The notes under the pieces: generated by a model
Told to the model about the DNA's origin: nothing
Database searches by the model: none
The model's input: only the letters and a program-made list of their open reading frames with translations
Part shown: one piece after another, positions 25,227 to 38,827 of the stretch
How the letters are laid out: each line of letters begins with the position of its first letter
Numbering within the stretch: position 1 is the first letter of the stretch
Source of the DNA: Oculina patagonica
Taxonomy: Eukaryota
NCBI RefSeq assembly: GCF_052425735.1
Contig: NC_135761.1
Span: 6,448,001-6,512,000, forward strand
Direction of reading: 5' to 3'
DNA length: 64,000 nucleotides
Made by a program: the position numbers and the translations under genes

Positions 25227-27318
25227 ATGGAGGATAGAGCCCCCGACAATTTTTCTAACCGATCAGAGATGTCCCTGGAGTCACTTAAACATCCTCATCA
25301 AGAATCTGGTGACCAAAAAATGTCCAAGGCGGATGAAGAGTCAATTATGCGCAGTTTATTGGAAAACCCGAAGATACTGGAACAGCTACGTCAAAAGTTG
25401 AACGAGCCTGAAAAAGCAGAGGACCCGTCGAAGATAAAGACACGCTTACAAGCCATCATTGGTTTCTTCCAGTGGTTCGGTTGTGGAAGTCCTTCTTGGG
25501 CGAAGGCCATTTTTCTGTATATTTGGACCAGATTGCTTGCTATACTCACCATGCAGTTACAAACTGGGAAAGAAAACCGTACAGAAATAGATGAGCTGCA
25601 CAAAAACCTGAAGGCAGTCAGTGAGACGCACGAGAAGGTCCTAGAAAAAGTTGGAGAAATTGAAGACAAGGTATAACTTTTTAAAATTGGTATTTTTATT
25701 TCATTCAATTTCTACAATGATTTTACTTGTAAAATCCTGATTACATTTGTTAGTTTCGGCAGATTAGTTTTGCTTTTTCCCCTTTAGTCATCCTCTCATT
25801 AAATCATACATACCTTATATCGAAGAATCGTTGACCACCCACAAAAAGCATAAACCATAAACGATGCGACCCAATATTGTTTACTGGGAAATCGGAGAAA
25901 TAATCGTCGTCTGCTACCGGAAAAACACGATAATAAGAGAGGTTGTAACAATCATGCTCTTAAGGCTCTCAAAAAAGAAAATGTCTTGATAATCAATTAA
26001 CGGAATATTACTAAGCTTACCAAGGTTCTACCAAGAACATCATTGGGCCATATCGTTCATGGTTTATGCTTTTTACACGGTCAACGTTTCTAGCCTCACC
26101 TAATTAAATAACGATTTCTCGAACCTCCCGATAATTAGAACCCAAATTTGTATATTTTCCTCAGTCGAGCACTGCAATTTTCCTTCGATTTCTAGAACCA
26201 ACCTCCCGATAAATCGGCCTTCCTGAGGGGAGGGGGAAGGGAAGAGAGATTCCTCCCTCGCACTTCCTCCCCAGTTTCCCCTCCCCCTTAAAAAAGGCCT
26301 GATACTCAGGGTACCGTAGGTCGTACAATGCGATTAACCCCATGATTTCTCGAAAAAGTGTTCAATAGGCAATTTCCGAGTTACCCTTTGCCTCGGTTTA
26401 AAAACGAGTCTACGTGCGAAATCATTTAAATGAAAATAAGTTTGATTTGCATGAAAATGGTCGGCATATTCCCTACCTATAGGATGTTCGAGAAATCTGT
26501 ATTCTACTCTATATTGCTATTTTTACGCAGATCAAAGAAACCCGTGCAAAAGACTATAAGATCTTGAGCACCGAGAGCAAGGATTTAGAAATTCAGTTGA
26601 TCATTGCCGAGCGTGACCTGGGTAACTGCCAGGATGGCCTTAGTGACGTACAAGGGGACGTCGAGCGTCTCAAAGCTGTGATTGGATGGCGCATATTCCA
26701 ACAGATCATTGGAATTATTTCTGCAGTTGGATTAGCCGCTGTAGGTAAGGTTTATTTCGTTTTCTCGGACGTACTCTGTTGATCAACCATAATTGTGACC
26801 CGTAGTTACTAGAAGTACTACATTAACCAGAAAGGAATTATTTTTGTATTTGCCTTGTCAGCATAAAGTTAAGAGATTCAAGAAGGAAAATTGACTCTAA
26901 CTTCTCGCTGTGACATTTTTTTACCCGTTTAGTTCTCTTCTTCTGCGCCAATGTTTTCAGCGTCCCACAAGAAGGGATACCCTTGGACCGAGTTAATTCA
27001 TTCAGTTCAACAACAGAAAGTACTACACATGTCAAAGTGAAAGGCTTAACGACTTCCGACTTCATAATGATCGCAGGATGCTTAGCCGCTTTGATAGGTG
27101 TACCGTTGAAGTGGATGATTGAGGGTTTATACATCAACTCGAAGCTGTTCACCGAATGTGGAAAAGTCCTCAAAGATGACGTCCGAAAAGCGAAGAGCCT
27201 TCAAACGAAGTTGAAGAGAGCGGTTGAAAAGGAACTGCCCGCAATGAAGAAACATCTGGTCGTCTTGGAGTATGATGTGTCTCGGTACGCCTCGTTGCAG
27301 AAGCTTGACGCAGATTGA
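25227..27318 (+). CDS. Uncharacterised helical membrane protein, cluster gene B (347 aa), paralogue of gene A
   Basis: Exons 25227-25670, 26531-26744 and 26933-27318, phases 0 and 1, 1044 nt open. LYINSKLFTECGKV...VEKELPAMKKHLVVLEYDVSRYASLQKL aligns with gene A LFNNSKLVGECEQV...VEDTLPEQKKLLHVMDHEVSLYSSLQPL. Confidence 0.82.
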
Positions 27319-27734
27319 CTTTAAATTAACTCTGGCGTGAGTACGCGGACCCACGAAATACAGAACGCTTTCCATACAAGTATCGACAAGTAACAGTATC
27401 TTTAGAGCTGAGTGTGTGCAAAGAGATAGCATGTATAGAGATAGTAAATATATACAGAAAATATATATATAAAAGTTGTATGTTAAGTGCTGTCTGGTTA
27501 GCGCCCCCTAATAGTACCTAAGTAGTTCAGGTGTCATAATAACTAGAGGCATAACGGTAGCCTAATATAAAGAGCCGATCATAATAATATTATTGTCAGT
27601 CCATCCGTATTATCAAGTTGTATTACAACCTTATGCAATGACATTTGTAATAAACTTTAAACAAAGAAAAATGTAAATGGTTTCACACAATCGTACGAGT
27701 GCTCGATGCAAATACATGCAGAGCGGGATACTAT

Positions 27735-28099
27735 AATTAAAAGATTGAGACTGCACGGACAGTTACTTAAAGTTTCACGCACGAGGCGATCATCAGACTG
27801 TGCCGTTAATAGCAGTTGAAAGAAAATTTAAACTACATTCATGGAGGGCGGTTTGAGCGATAGAAGCTCTGCATTCTATCCGCTGACAGGTCTACTCTCC
27901 TCAATAAGAGATCTGAATTAATCACCAAGTGCAGGCACGAAAACAAGTTTTATGCAGCCAATCAAAAGCAGGATCGCTCAAACCGCCCTCCATGAATGTA
28001 GTTTAAATTTTCTTTCAACTGCTATTAACGGCACAGTCTGATGATCGCCTCGTGCGTGAAACTTTAAGTAACTGTCCGTGCAGTCTCAATCTTTTAATT
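27735..28099 (+). mobile_element. Penelope-like retroelement 3' remnant with inverted pLTR arms
   Basis: Perfect 127-bp inverted arms 27735-27861 / 27973-28099. The spacer plus the start of the right arm encodes KLCILSADRSTLLNKRSELITKCRHENKF...*, a typical PLE GIY-YIG C-terminus. Direct repeat TTGTAATAAACTTTAAA at 27645 and 28098. Confidence 0.8.
28033..28075 (+). ncRNA. Minimal type I hammerhead ribozyme (mirror copy at 27759-27801 on the - strand)
   Basis: ACAGT-CTGATGA-TCGCCTCGTGCGT-GAAAC-TTTAA-GTA-ACTGT: stem I ACAGT/ACTGT, core CUGAUGA and GAAA, stem II CGC/GCG, short stem III, GUA cleavage triplet. Confidence 0.78.
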
Positions 28100-28173
28100 G
28101 TAATAAACTTTAAAAGTTTTTGTCTCTCTACGAAATCCTGAGTTGTTTCCTGTGGAGAGAGAGGTGAAGAGTA

Positions 28174-28511
28174 CCGTAGAATTCCGGTTATAAGCCCTGG
28201 GCTTATACAACTTCGTAAGGGTTTTTCGGTGGGCTTATAAGCGGAGGGGCTTATATCCGGGAGGGCCTATAAGCGGAATGAAAAAAACGTTTCGAAACGA
28301 GCCCTGGGAGTGTTGATCGAAATACGTTTTTAAGTTAAAAACGCATAATAAAGCAACATTTAGCTCTGTTCAGTACTGTCATCCGGTAGAGGGGGGCTTA
28401 TATCCGGGGGGGGGGGGGCTTATAATCGGATGTATTTTTTTGTTTCCAGGTAGATGGCCCTATAACCGGGGGAGCTTATAAGCGGGGGGGCTTATAACCG
28501 GAATTCTACGG
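28174..28511. mobile_element. pogo/Tigger-type MITE
   Basis: TA-CCGTAGAATTCCGGTTATAAGCCC ... GGGCTTATAACCGGAATTCTACGG-TA. Confidence 0.82.
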
Positions 28512-28975
28512 TATGCCATTTGTGATCTTTAGCCAACTGCATGATTATCTCAGCACAGGACACCTGCAAAGGATGTCGCAATCGTTGGTCATCGGACGGT
28601 TTTTACAACCCATCTCTTTTCTCGAAAGATAAAAGGGAACTAAGTCTGTGACACAGTGAAACTTAAGCCGAAAGCAAACTTTATTTATTAAGGCTGCAAG
28701 AAGTAGTAGACCTCTGAGAAAAACATATACACAAAACAGTAGCATTATAAAGAAGAAAATATTGGAAGTTGACTTCCACACATGTACACATGTAAATGGA
28801 CGTAAAACCTCAAATAACAAACCAATGATGCAAAAAAATAAAATAAAATGGAAACAATTAAACATAGTTTGGAGGTTAAGGAATATTGAGACGAATCGAT
28901 ATGAACAATGAACCTTTCGTCATGTGAACTTTAGCTTCCGTAGCATGATCGAGGAATAGAAATCTGGGATCGGCT

Positions 28976-29838
28976 CCCGGGGGGACTCGAATATGAAAGT
29001 GACGGGGATTCTCGTCGTATCGCTTAGGAGTATAAATTTCGGATTTTTGGTCTCGCTTAGGGTGTTCCGGGCAAAACGCCAATATTTTTAGCCATTATGG
29101 TCTCGTATAGGGTTACACCCGTAGAAATATACAAATATAATTTCTATTCTTAGGGCCTGTTTACATGATTCCGGAATGACTTTCATTCCGTAACGAAACT
29201 CGTTCCTTCATTCCGGAACAAAACTCGTTCCGGAATGAAGTTCGTTCTGCATTTACATGACAGAGTCGACCGGTTCAACCAAAGGCATTTCACGTGCGCG
29301 GTTTTCGCGCGAGATCAAAACAAGATGGCGCATGCTTCGCGCAAACATGTTTTTGTGCCCATCAAATGCCGTATCTACAATTTTAACGAGTTATTTGACC
29401 ATAGCGCTGTTTGTTTGGGCTAAACAGGTAATGCTATTATGTTTTTTGCTCAGGATTCAAACTGTGAAGTCCGTATGCGGTTTCATGAGTTGCGATTTCA
29501 TCTTGGAACGAAATTCGTTCTGTGTTTACATAAAATGTAATTCCAGAACGAAACTTTCATTCCGGAATGAAAACCGGAATGAACTCATTCCAGAATGACT
29601 TGACTTTCGTCTCGGTATCATGTAAACAGACACAGAGAAATGTATGGGGATGGAATGAACTCGTTCCGGAATGAAAGTCATTCCGGAATCATGTAAACAG
29701 GCCCTTAGTTGTTTGGTATCTTTTAGGGGTCAAGAAAAGTTTGAGCTACACCCAGATTGGTCTCTTTTAGGGGTTCTTTTCAAAATTTCCGACGAGCATC
29801 CCCGTCCGTTTCATATAGGAGTCCCCCCCCCCCCCGCG
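28976..29838. mobile_element. Poly-G/C-ended MITE containing a nested PIF/Harbinger MITE (29153-29704)
   Basis: Outer CCCGGGGGGACTC..ATATGAAA / TTTCATAT..GAGTCCCCC; inner GGGCCTGTTTACATGATTCCGGAATGA TIR with TTA TSD. Confidence 0.8.
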
Positions 29839-32800
29839 GAATCGACTTTTTATCAATGGCAGGTTGCCCCAAGGCCGCTCCCTAAATATACCACAAGAAC
29901 CTTTATGACCCGCGGATAGTGAGAAAGGCTCTATTAGTATAAGAGTTATGATATGTGTATCAATAGAAGAGATCTGATTTCCAAAACATGGCCTGTTCCA
30001 GACGTTGGGTTAATTGTAGAGCATCGCAAGGAACGGCGAGTGAAGAAAAGGAGGGTGTTTTTTGCCTTGTAGTCTTCCGCAGCTTACCCTGTCTAGCCGT
30101 TCTATGAGTTGTCTCAATGCAACCAAACATCTTGAATAATTATAACTCGAGCCGAGCTGTATTTCCAGCTGACTTCCTTTAAATTAATAAACTTTCAATG
30201 CATATCGAGAATCTTTTTGGGACTGGACGATTTAAACATTAAAATTGTTGAATTTCCCTGTGTGCTGCAATTTTAAGAGCAAATTGCAATCCAAGCACTT
30301 TTGTTTTCAGTTTCGATTCAGCACTGATTCATGGGATTAGCCTGATTAGAGGCCCCAATAACCAGGAAATGCATCGTATCGAACAGAAATGATGGTGTAA
30401 ATATTTTCATTGTTAGCTATTTATGTGTGCGATTGCCACTGCTGAAGAAGCTCGTCTCATAGCTGAAAACTCGTTTTATTCCCGTGCCGGAATCAATGTC
30501 ATGGCACTGTGCATGCACATCTTTGATTCGTTTTCTTTTGATAGAAAATTGAATACGAAGAAACTAAGAATGAATAACTGAAGAAACAAATAAACATGAA
30601 TAAATATGACACTCGTTTCTTTTCCTAACGTTTTTGGATGCAGGGATTTAATTCTGTTTTCTAGGAATTGGAGACTCAACCTCAAGGGTCATATTCCGGG
30701 CTTCGGGCTTAGCTAGCCAGGTTATATTTTTCTAAAACGCGCGCCATTCTCGGTTAAATTATTCGGAATTTTTTAATCTTGCAAGTTGTACATAAACAGT
30801 TTTCGATAACTGGTTTGTTGGGCTATCGGCGGGAAGGCGAATAAATATTGCATTTAACTGAACAAAAATAATGAAAGATTATTTCTCTGACAGGAAGCTA
30901 TCACCGTCCCCAGCAATGTAGCAATTTCCTTGTAACATGCAATTCTGCTTTTCTTCAAGTGCGGGCTAGGGACATTGTTTTTTATGCCTGGTAATTTTGT
31001 TTTTCTGAAAGGGTAGCGAGCCATTTATATGAGACCTTGCTAGAGCTGTTACCGGAGCGGACTTAGTCACTGCGTGACATGGTGACTAAATGAAGTCTTC
31101 CAGTTCTCGTTATTCAGTTCGTTTTTCCAAAATCCTTGGAAGTCTAGAACAGCCGCAACCAGGGTGAATAAAATAATTAATGTAAAAAAAAACTATAAAA
31201 AAGAAACTTTTTCTGGTTAAAACTAAATTTATTACTTGCTTTCTACTTTCTAAGGGATAAAAGGGCGGTGACAAAGATCAGCTGATTTGGTGTTTTGCCA
31301 AGTCTCGTGAGTTTCATGCTTCATAGATCAGATCAATTTTCTTAACATCAATTACGTTTGCTTATTCTTAGAAAATGAATTATTAAAACATGCCTTAAAT
31401 ATCGTAATATTTTTACTCGTAAATATTGCATTGAGGGATGTTGCTTAGTATGCGGGCAAAAATGATGTATCGAGATCTTAGTGTTTAATCAAACTTCATA
31501 TGTGGCTTAGCTGCATAATATTTTTCTGGGAAATTTGTGGAAGATGGAAGGTTTTCGCTTAAAGGTTTCAGGCAGGGGAAAAACCACTTGAACTCTTTTA
31601 TGGTTAACCTTTCATTTCATTTACAACTTCCCTTTATGATCGATCGATCTGTTTATGCAAATACCGCTCTATTTTAAATATAGTCCCGCGAAATCGATCG
31701 CAATAGTTAACAACTATTCACCAATGAATAGTTGCTTTAGTACTGATTATAAACAGTGACAGAGACAATATAGCCCGAAAGGATGACTTTTGACAAGCTT
31801 ATCCCTGTCAAAGATTTTCTCACACGTGTTGCTTGAAGGTTAATATTAGGAGTTTGCCGCCAATCAGTGCGCGCCAAAAACGCTATCCACTGACAATTTT
31901 TGTGCGTGTAGAGATGAACCAACAGTTCTCCCAGATGAGATTACACCCTACAACTTTGATGTATATCAATCAACAAAGAGGATTTGCAGGTGATTCGAGT
32001 TTAATAGGAATACCTTCACGGAAACTGCACGCGTTCTGGATAGAGTTCTGTTGTTGTTTTCAAACGTTCGGTTGGTCAGGTTTAATACTTTTAACTCCAT
32101 AATCTGGCAGCTGAAAGTCACGGGACAACTCAGGAAAAGCGGAAAATACACAACTCAATTATACCGCTCACATCCCATTCGTTAATATATACTACTTGGT
32201 GAGTTCGGTAGAAGTTGTCTGAACAATTTCTACAAAATACGGAAATACAAGCTTAGGGTTAATTTCAAAAAATGGGTTAGAGACTGTTGTGAGTGTTTTG
32301 TTGACAAATACACGCACGCGCTGGCCGCACAATGAACGAGAAAGCAACGAGACCTCCCATCGGCCTCGTCCGATGCCGGTTCAGGGTCCCAAAATTAAAG
32401 TGGGCTCAAGAATTTTCTCCGAAGAGCGTCTCAGTCGTTTTGCTTCTTGGAGCCCTAAAAATAACAGGGAGGAAAGCCTTCAAAACGTCGCCACAGAGCT
32501 GGGCCCTTTTGTTTGTTTGTTTGTTTGTTTGTTTGTTTTTCTTTGTTTGTGGGGGGAGAGGGGGGGGGGGGGGGCGTAGAAGGGGTAGCTCGAAGCCCTG
32601 AAACCCTGTAAAGCCTGCTTGACGTGTTCAGGTAAACTCTTGTTCGATTGGCTCGTAACTTGAGAAGACAAGCAGGCGTTGGCTTAAGGGACTTAAGGAG
32701 ATGCGCAATCAAAACAGGGAACTCCGACCCTTGGTGTACGCATCTTCCTCCAGTCGGTCAGCTCATAACAACTTACAAATCGGCATCATTTAGACACTTG

Positions 32801-33980
32801 TTGCTGGTGAATCTATCGAGCGTAAAGGTGAGTTATTGCGTAGAATTTTCGTTTTCTATGACTGCACAGTCAAAGACCTTGCGCGAATCACGCGCTGTTC
32901 AGTTCTCAGAGGCAATGGTTCCGCTACCGTGAACATAAGAAATACACGTGTACGGAAATACAGTTTGAGCCGAGCTGTATTTCCAACTGACTTCCTTTAA
33001 ATTAATAAAATTTCAATGCCTATAGAAAATCTTTTTGGGACTGGCCGATTTGAACACCAAACATGTTGAATTTCCCAGTGCACAGAAAAAGTGAGGGTGT
33101 TAAAGAACACCGAGGGTAGTATAAATTTACACCATGTCCGTGTTACCACAACACCAACATGGTGTAATTATAACAATACACTAATTCAGTGTTAACTAAC
33201 ACCAAACTGGTGTAATCGAAACATTGTGCTACACCTTGTTGGTGTTTTTTTACACTGCAACCGTGTAACAAAAACCTTGCACGAGTTTAACACAGCTAGT
33301 ATGTAATTTTACACTGGATAGTGTATGCCAACACGAAATAGTTGTGAAATTACACGAAATGCCAATAGCTGTTATTGAAGTTCTCAGCGGTTTGACATAA
33401 ACGTAGCTGACAAGCATGCATTGGTATTTGAGTAAAACTGAGAAGAGTGATGAGACACAATACAATAAGTCACGTTTAATACCCTTTTTCATTATACATA
33501 GTAAAAGAATAAAACTAAACAGTTTCTGTTTTGCTGGATAACCTAAACCTTACGCAGACGGGGCATGCCATCCCCGCATAACTCTGTCAATATTTGAGAA
33601 AAAAACAATCCAAATTTACATTCACCTGGGAAAAATTTTGTTTTAACTCGTCATTGTACTCAGTGCTTGATGTTTCCTTGGTAATCATATTTTGACAGGC
33701 ATGTTTTTCCACATTTGGAATTTGTTTGTATTCATTTAAAATTTAACCGTGCAATTACGAAAACCAGGAACACCGAAAATTATTTGTAGCATGTTTATTT
33801 TTCTTTATAATTATGATCCCGGTGAAATTGTGCAATTTAGCTCCCAATTCGTACTGAATGAAAAACAACTGACTTATAAGCATGCCACAAACAATTCTAG
33901 GTGTACATGGCTTTCATCATAGGCACGCAGTAACTTTCATGTAGATATATATATACTTTCATGTAGATACTTTTATTACA

Positions 33981-36900
33981 TTATACAGCATCCGCGAGGT
34001 CATATCGCATCCTTACAACCAATGTTTCTATGCCTGCCACTTTTACTTTGTGGAGTAACAAGGGATGATGATCTATTAAAGCATCATAACAACTGACCAC
34101 CTCCTCATTTAAAACCAAAATCTCGTAAGCACACAGATGTTGAATATGCTTGACAGTGTGCAGCTTGTGCCCAACAAACATTACATCTCCATTTGGCAAA
34201 ATATACGTCTCCTTAATCTGAAGGAACTGAGGCAAGAGACCATCGTGTCCAGTCACAAGAATCTGCCTTGCCTGGTACTTTGTTCCAAAGCACTGAATCC
34301 AGTTTGCCCTTGTGAAAAATAAAGGGGAGATATGACTATTAGTAGGGCGATTAACAGAAAGGGGAACACTATATAGTCTTGGAAGTACATATACTGTACC
34401 ACTAAGACAGATCTCTTCTCCTTGGTTTTGAGATGATGGAATCAATTTTTTTAGGGAGTCAAGCTAAGATGACAACCAATAGAAGCACATAGCCATGCTA
34501 GTGCCCAATTGTTTTTTTTATTTATTGTAAATTATGGCTCACGAGATGAAGGCAAAGCATTATGCATAAAAATTACCCAACCAAATAGAACCTTGTTGCT
34601 TTTTTTCTTAAGGCTGAATTGGGAGCTATATAACATAACCTACAGGAAAGAATTTCACATATTTACCTGTAAAGCAAAGTTTCTGGTAGTAAATTAGGGT
34701 AGTGCCTTTGAACAAGATCTTTTCGGCCTCTCGTCATTTCATTAATGGAAACACTTCTTCCTTGAAAAAATATAATAAAAAGAAGAAAATTAAGAAAATG
34801 TAACAAACAAGTAGTGAGCCTCAGTCAAGTGATTTTCAATAATACAGTAAAACGTAGCTTTTAGTAATAAGTCCTACTGGTAATTATTCTTTGAAATTAT
34901 AAACTTTGTAAAACTCATAGTAGTTTGCTCAAAGTTGCTGTGTACATCCCACTTCTCGAAAGCACTACCCACTTTCAGTCAATACGTGATATTTCCCCCA
35001 CTCCATTTTCTAAACTCCTCCGAAAATAAAATCTCCTCTTTTTTCTCAAGCCTTTAATGGCAAAAAGAAAAACAACAACCAAAGATAGACTAATTCAGGT
35101 AAACCATGTACCCATTGTCAGACCAAAATTTCAAACTTCTAAACTAAATTTAATGACTGACTTAACCTTGTTAGAAACCATAGAACCTCATTTGTTCCTT
35201 GAAGTCTACATGTACAAGGTATAATAGTAAAGGCTCTTTGGTGAAAAGGGGAGTAACCCCTGGGATACAAACCTGGTCCATTTTCTTGCGCTGAACGTAG
35301 AAAACCTCCTTCAACAGAAAGCCAGTAACATTGAAGCTTTTGATGTCGCTGGGCTAGTGTTTTACATACATTCTGGAACCCTTGGGAACTCCTTACCAAC
35401 TTCTTGAAATAATGATTTTTGGCCTCAAAGCGCATACACCAAAGTCTGATAAGTGGACCAACCCTGTGTAAACAACGACAAAATGAATGTCTAGGAAAAA
35501 TTCTAATTATGTACATGTACATGTATCTGTAAACATACATACCATGAGTGTGATAAAATTATCCTTATAAAGTTAACATGTATCTACTTAGGCTCCATTA
35601 TCAGCCACTGTTCAATGAAATGAGTACCCACTGGCCTGCCCTGAATGCATGGCTGGGAAGGAACAAAAACAAGACCTGAGAGAGGCAGAAATTGAGCCTA
35701 TAACTATATCTACTGTATTTCCTCTATTTAGCCCCCTCCCCCTTTTTTGACCCCTCTCGTGAAAATGTAAATAAGCCCCCTACCTATATTAAGTCCCTTT
35801 TCTCCACCACCTGCATTGAGCCAAGAAAACAATTAAGATGTCATTTCCAAAAAATTAATACTTTTATTCACCATTGCACTTGGTGAAAAGTGAATTTTGT
35901 TGCTGTGCTGTCATGTAAGCTTGTATTGACAGTGAATATCAATCAGAATTTTTATATCGAGTATAAGCATGACACTGTGTCTTGTAAAATATTTTAAGCC
36001 CCCTCCCTCTATTAATGATCATACTAATGTTTTGATACCGTTTTCAAAAAAAGGTCTTTTTACACTCACTCAATAAGCTGCCGAGGATAGTGTACCATGA
36101 AATGCTGCTTAGGGGTTATGTTCTTTGCTGGATATCGCAACTTCATCTCTTGCAAATAATCTCTGATAAGAATCCTTAAATAGGCTGCTGCTCCAGGGCT
36201 TGTCACTGGGGCACAACACAGGTCAACAACATCAAGTAAATCACAAAAATGCAGCAAATTGCCATTGTCTGGTGGAACCCATTCACTGATCATAAGGGGA
36301 AAGTAGCGTGCCAGACACCACATTTGGGCCGCTGAAACCAAAGCCAAAAAAGGGGTTAAATGAGAATATAAAGAAATTAAAGCTTTTGAGCTTGGTAATG
36401 GTATGTCACTATTTACCAGCAACAAGTCAGCGAATCCAAGAACTGCACTGGCTAAGCCCTTGTACAAGAAGACCAACTCACTTGTAACATGGTAAGGAGG
36501 CTATTGGGATGCCTTACAAGGAAAAATCCCAAGTCTCTGTTTGGAGTTATGCATTGGGCCAACCACAACAGTGGCATTAAAAATTCTCCTGATCATACAA
36601 ACTAAAAACTAGGAATGAGACTATTATGTAATATGATTGAATTAATAAGGCATAGAAAGTAAATATAAAATATGTATTATATTAACCCTGTAATTTCTCC
36701 AAACCAAAAATTATTTATTTAACATTTTAAAAGTTTTAAGTTAGCTGTTAACCTGATTGTTTGAGGCTGTCATCATGGGAGTTCAAGGTTGAGTTGGTTA
36801 TATTTGAAGGTTTGTTGGAAATTTCAACCACTCCATAATCAAAGGTCTTGATCTTATCATTCAGCATTTCAAGGGTAAAGAAACGCATCTCCACAATAAA

Positions 36901-38827
36901 AAACTTAAGAAGTAACTTCAGGTGCCGAGGTATAACACCCTCAAACAGGTCATGCATGACATCAGAAGGGAGTCCATCCACTACATGAAAATAATAACTT
37001 TTATTTAATGGTGACTTCCTTTTCACTCCATAGACTGGTATGCAAGAAGGATCAGCTTCGATCTGCTCCAAATGATGATCATGCCCTCTTCTGGTTCTTA
37101 GCACAAATTCCTCCTCAGTAAACTTTGCAAAGAAAAATAACAAAACCATATTTAGTATTTAATGCAATGATACTTAGATATATTATCAACCTCGTTTTTG
37201 CTGGCTTAGTCATAAGGGCCTGCATACATTCAACCTCAGAAAGAGGGCACCACTGTAAAGCAGACACCTTGCAAAAGTGCACATATGGTTGCCTATAGCT
37301 TGTCAGTATTAACTGAATTTTACTAGTTTCTTTGTAACTTAACTCTCTATGAGGCAGACACCTCTCTAAGGTGGACAGCTACAACTGGCCCCACAAGTGT
37401 CTGCCTTAGAGAACGTTCACTCAAAAATGGACAAGTTTTGCAAATTCAATTAACATGGACCAAACATGATTATAAGTTTAGTAAAAGTTTCACTGTTATT
37501 GCTCAATTTCAGATTTATTGAAAGCATATCACATCAATGAACACCTGCAACTGTGAATGTGCCACAAAGATATTAGAAAACATTTTTTTCAAGCCATTTT
37601 TGACTGATTGTTGATCATATTCTTTGAAAAAAAGCCTGCTTAATATTAATTTAGGACCTATTGGTTTTATCTCAGTACGGTTGTACATACATGTGCAGTG
37701 CAAGAGAAAGAATTTTTTTGTTATTAAGCAGTCCATCTTTTATAGCAGTCTAGCTATTTGTCAAATTTTGTATCACTCAGGAAACCAATCAGAACTGCTC
37801 TAAATTTCATTGTGACCTGTCTTAGACAAATAACAAGTATAGTTTCCAATATTCATTCATTTATTGAGATATCACCTTTTCTTGGAGTTCTTCTGGCGTT
37901 CCCATGCAAAACCTGCATCGCCTGTATGCATTAAAACCTTCCATAAAACCTCCCCAAGAATGACTCCCCAGATTGTCTGCCAGGCACTGTCCTAAGGTTC
38001 CATTAAAATGCCTAACCACACCATTAATTTTAAAAGGAATTCCAGCATCCTGCAAATTAAATGATACAAAGTGTGACACTACAAGAAATGGTTTCAACTT
38101 CTACCAGTTAATTATTTATACCTGCAGAGAGATTATTGTTTGTTGAGGGCTGAAGAGGAAACTTGGTAAGCCAGGAATGTGGTTCAAACCTTAAGTGCAA
38201 TGAAGGCTCTTTAGCTGACTGTAGTTGACTTGGTTTTGTTCTCTCTTGGGAGTGAGAGGCTTAATGTAATTATAGTGTACTATCTTTATATATAACTTAC
38301 AGACTCCAGCAAGTTAATCTCCACCATAAATCGATGTAAAACTTTTTCAAATCCATACTTTTCAAGGTAGCGCGAGGGGCAGATAATCCCTAGCTGTAAC
38401 GAACTCAAAACTGAGCGGTATTTAGGATGGAGATTTCCAAGCATCCAGTAAAATGCACCTATTAATAACACAGAATATGATAGGCTTAGTAAAAAATTGT
38501 GTGTAAAAACTGTATCTAATTATGATTTTTTAAATAAATTTGCTGGTCTTGACAAAAGATGAGATGAATTATCAGTTGAGTGTGCCGGCTGTTTTAGATG
38601 TTTAAAGTATTGAACCAATAGGACTATTAAAAGGCAGCTAAGCAGTACAAACCAATTTTGTGTTTTGATGATTTAGAACCAAGGGGGTCACACACATCAA
38701 ATTCATCAAAATATGTCATTATCTGCAGGGCACTGGAATTTAAGGAGAACAGGGGATGGTTTTTATAAAAATTTCCATCACAAAAATCCTTTATTTTTCC
38801 ATTTGTCATGCTGTGGCCAGATTCAAT
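33981..38827 (-). CDS. EnSpm/CMC-type DDE transposase, 5'-truncated (8 exons recovered)
   Basis: Exons 38653-38827, 38301-38458, 37876-38049, 36753-37122, 36070-36331, 35273-35463, 34667-34760 and 33981-34308. Motifs YFDEFDVCDPLGS, YWMLGNL, ADNLGSHSWGGF..CRFC, DVMHDLFEGV, TPKQHFMVHYP, WCMRFEAKNHYFK. No start exon found. Confidence 0.85.
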
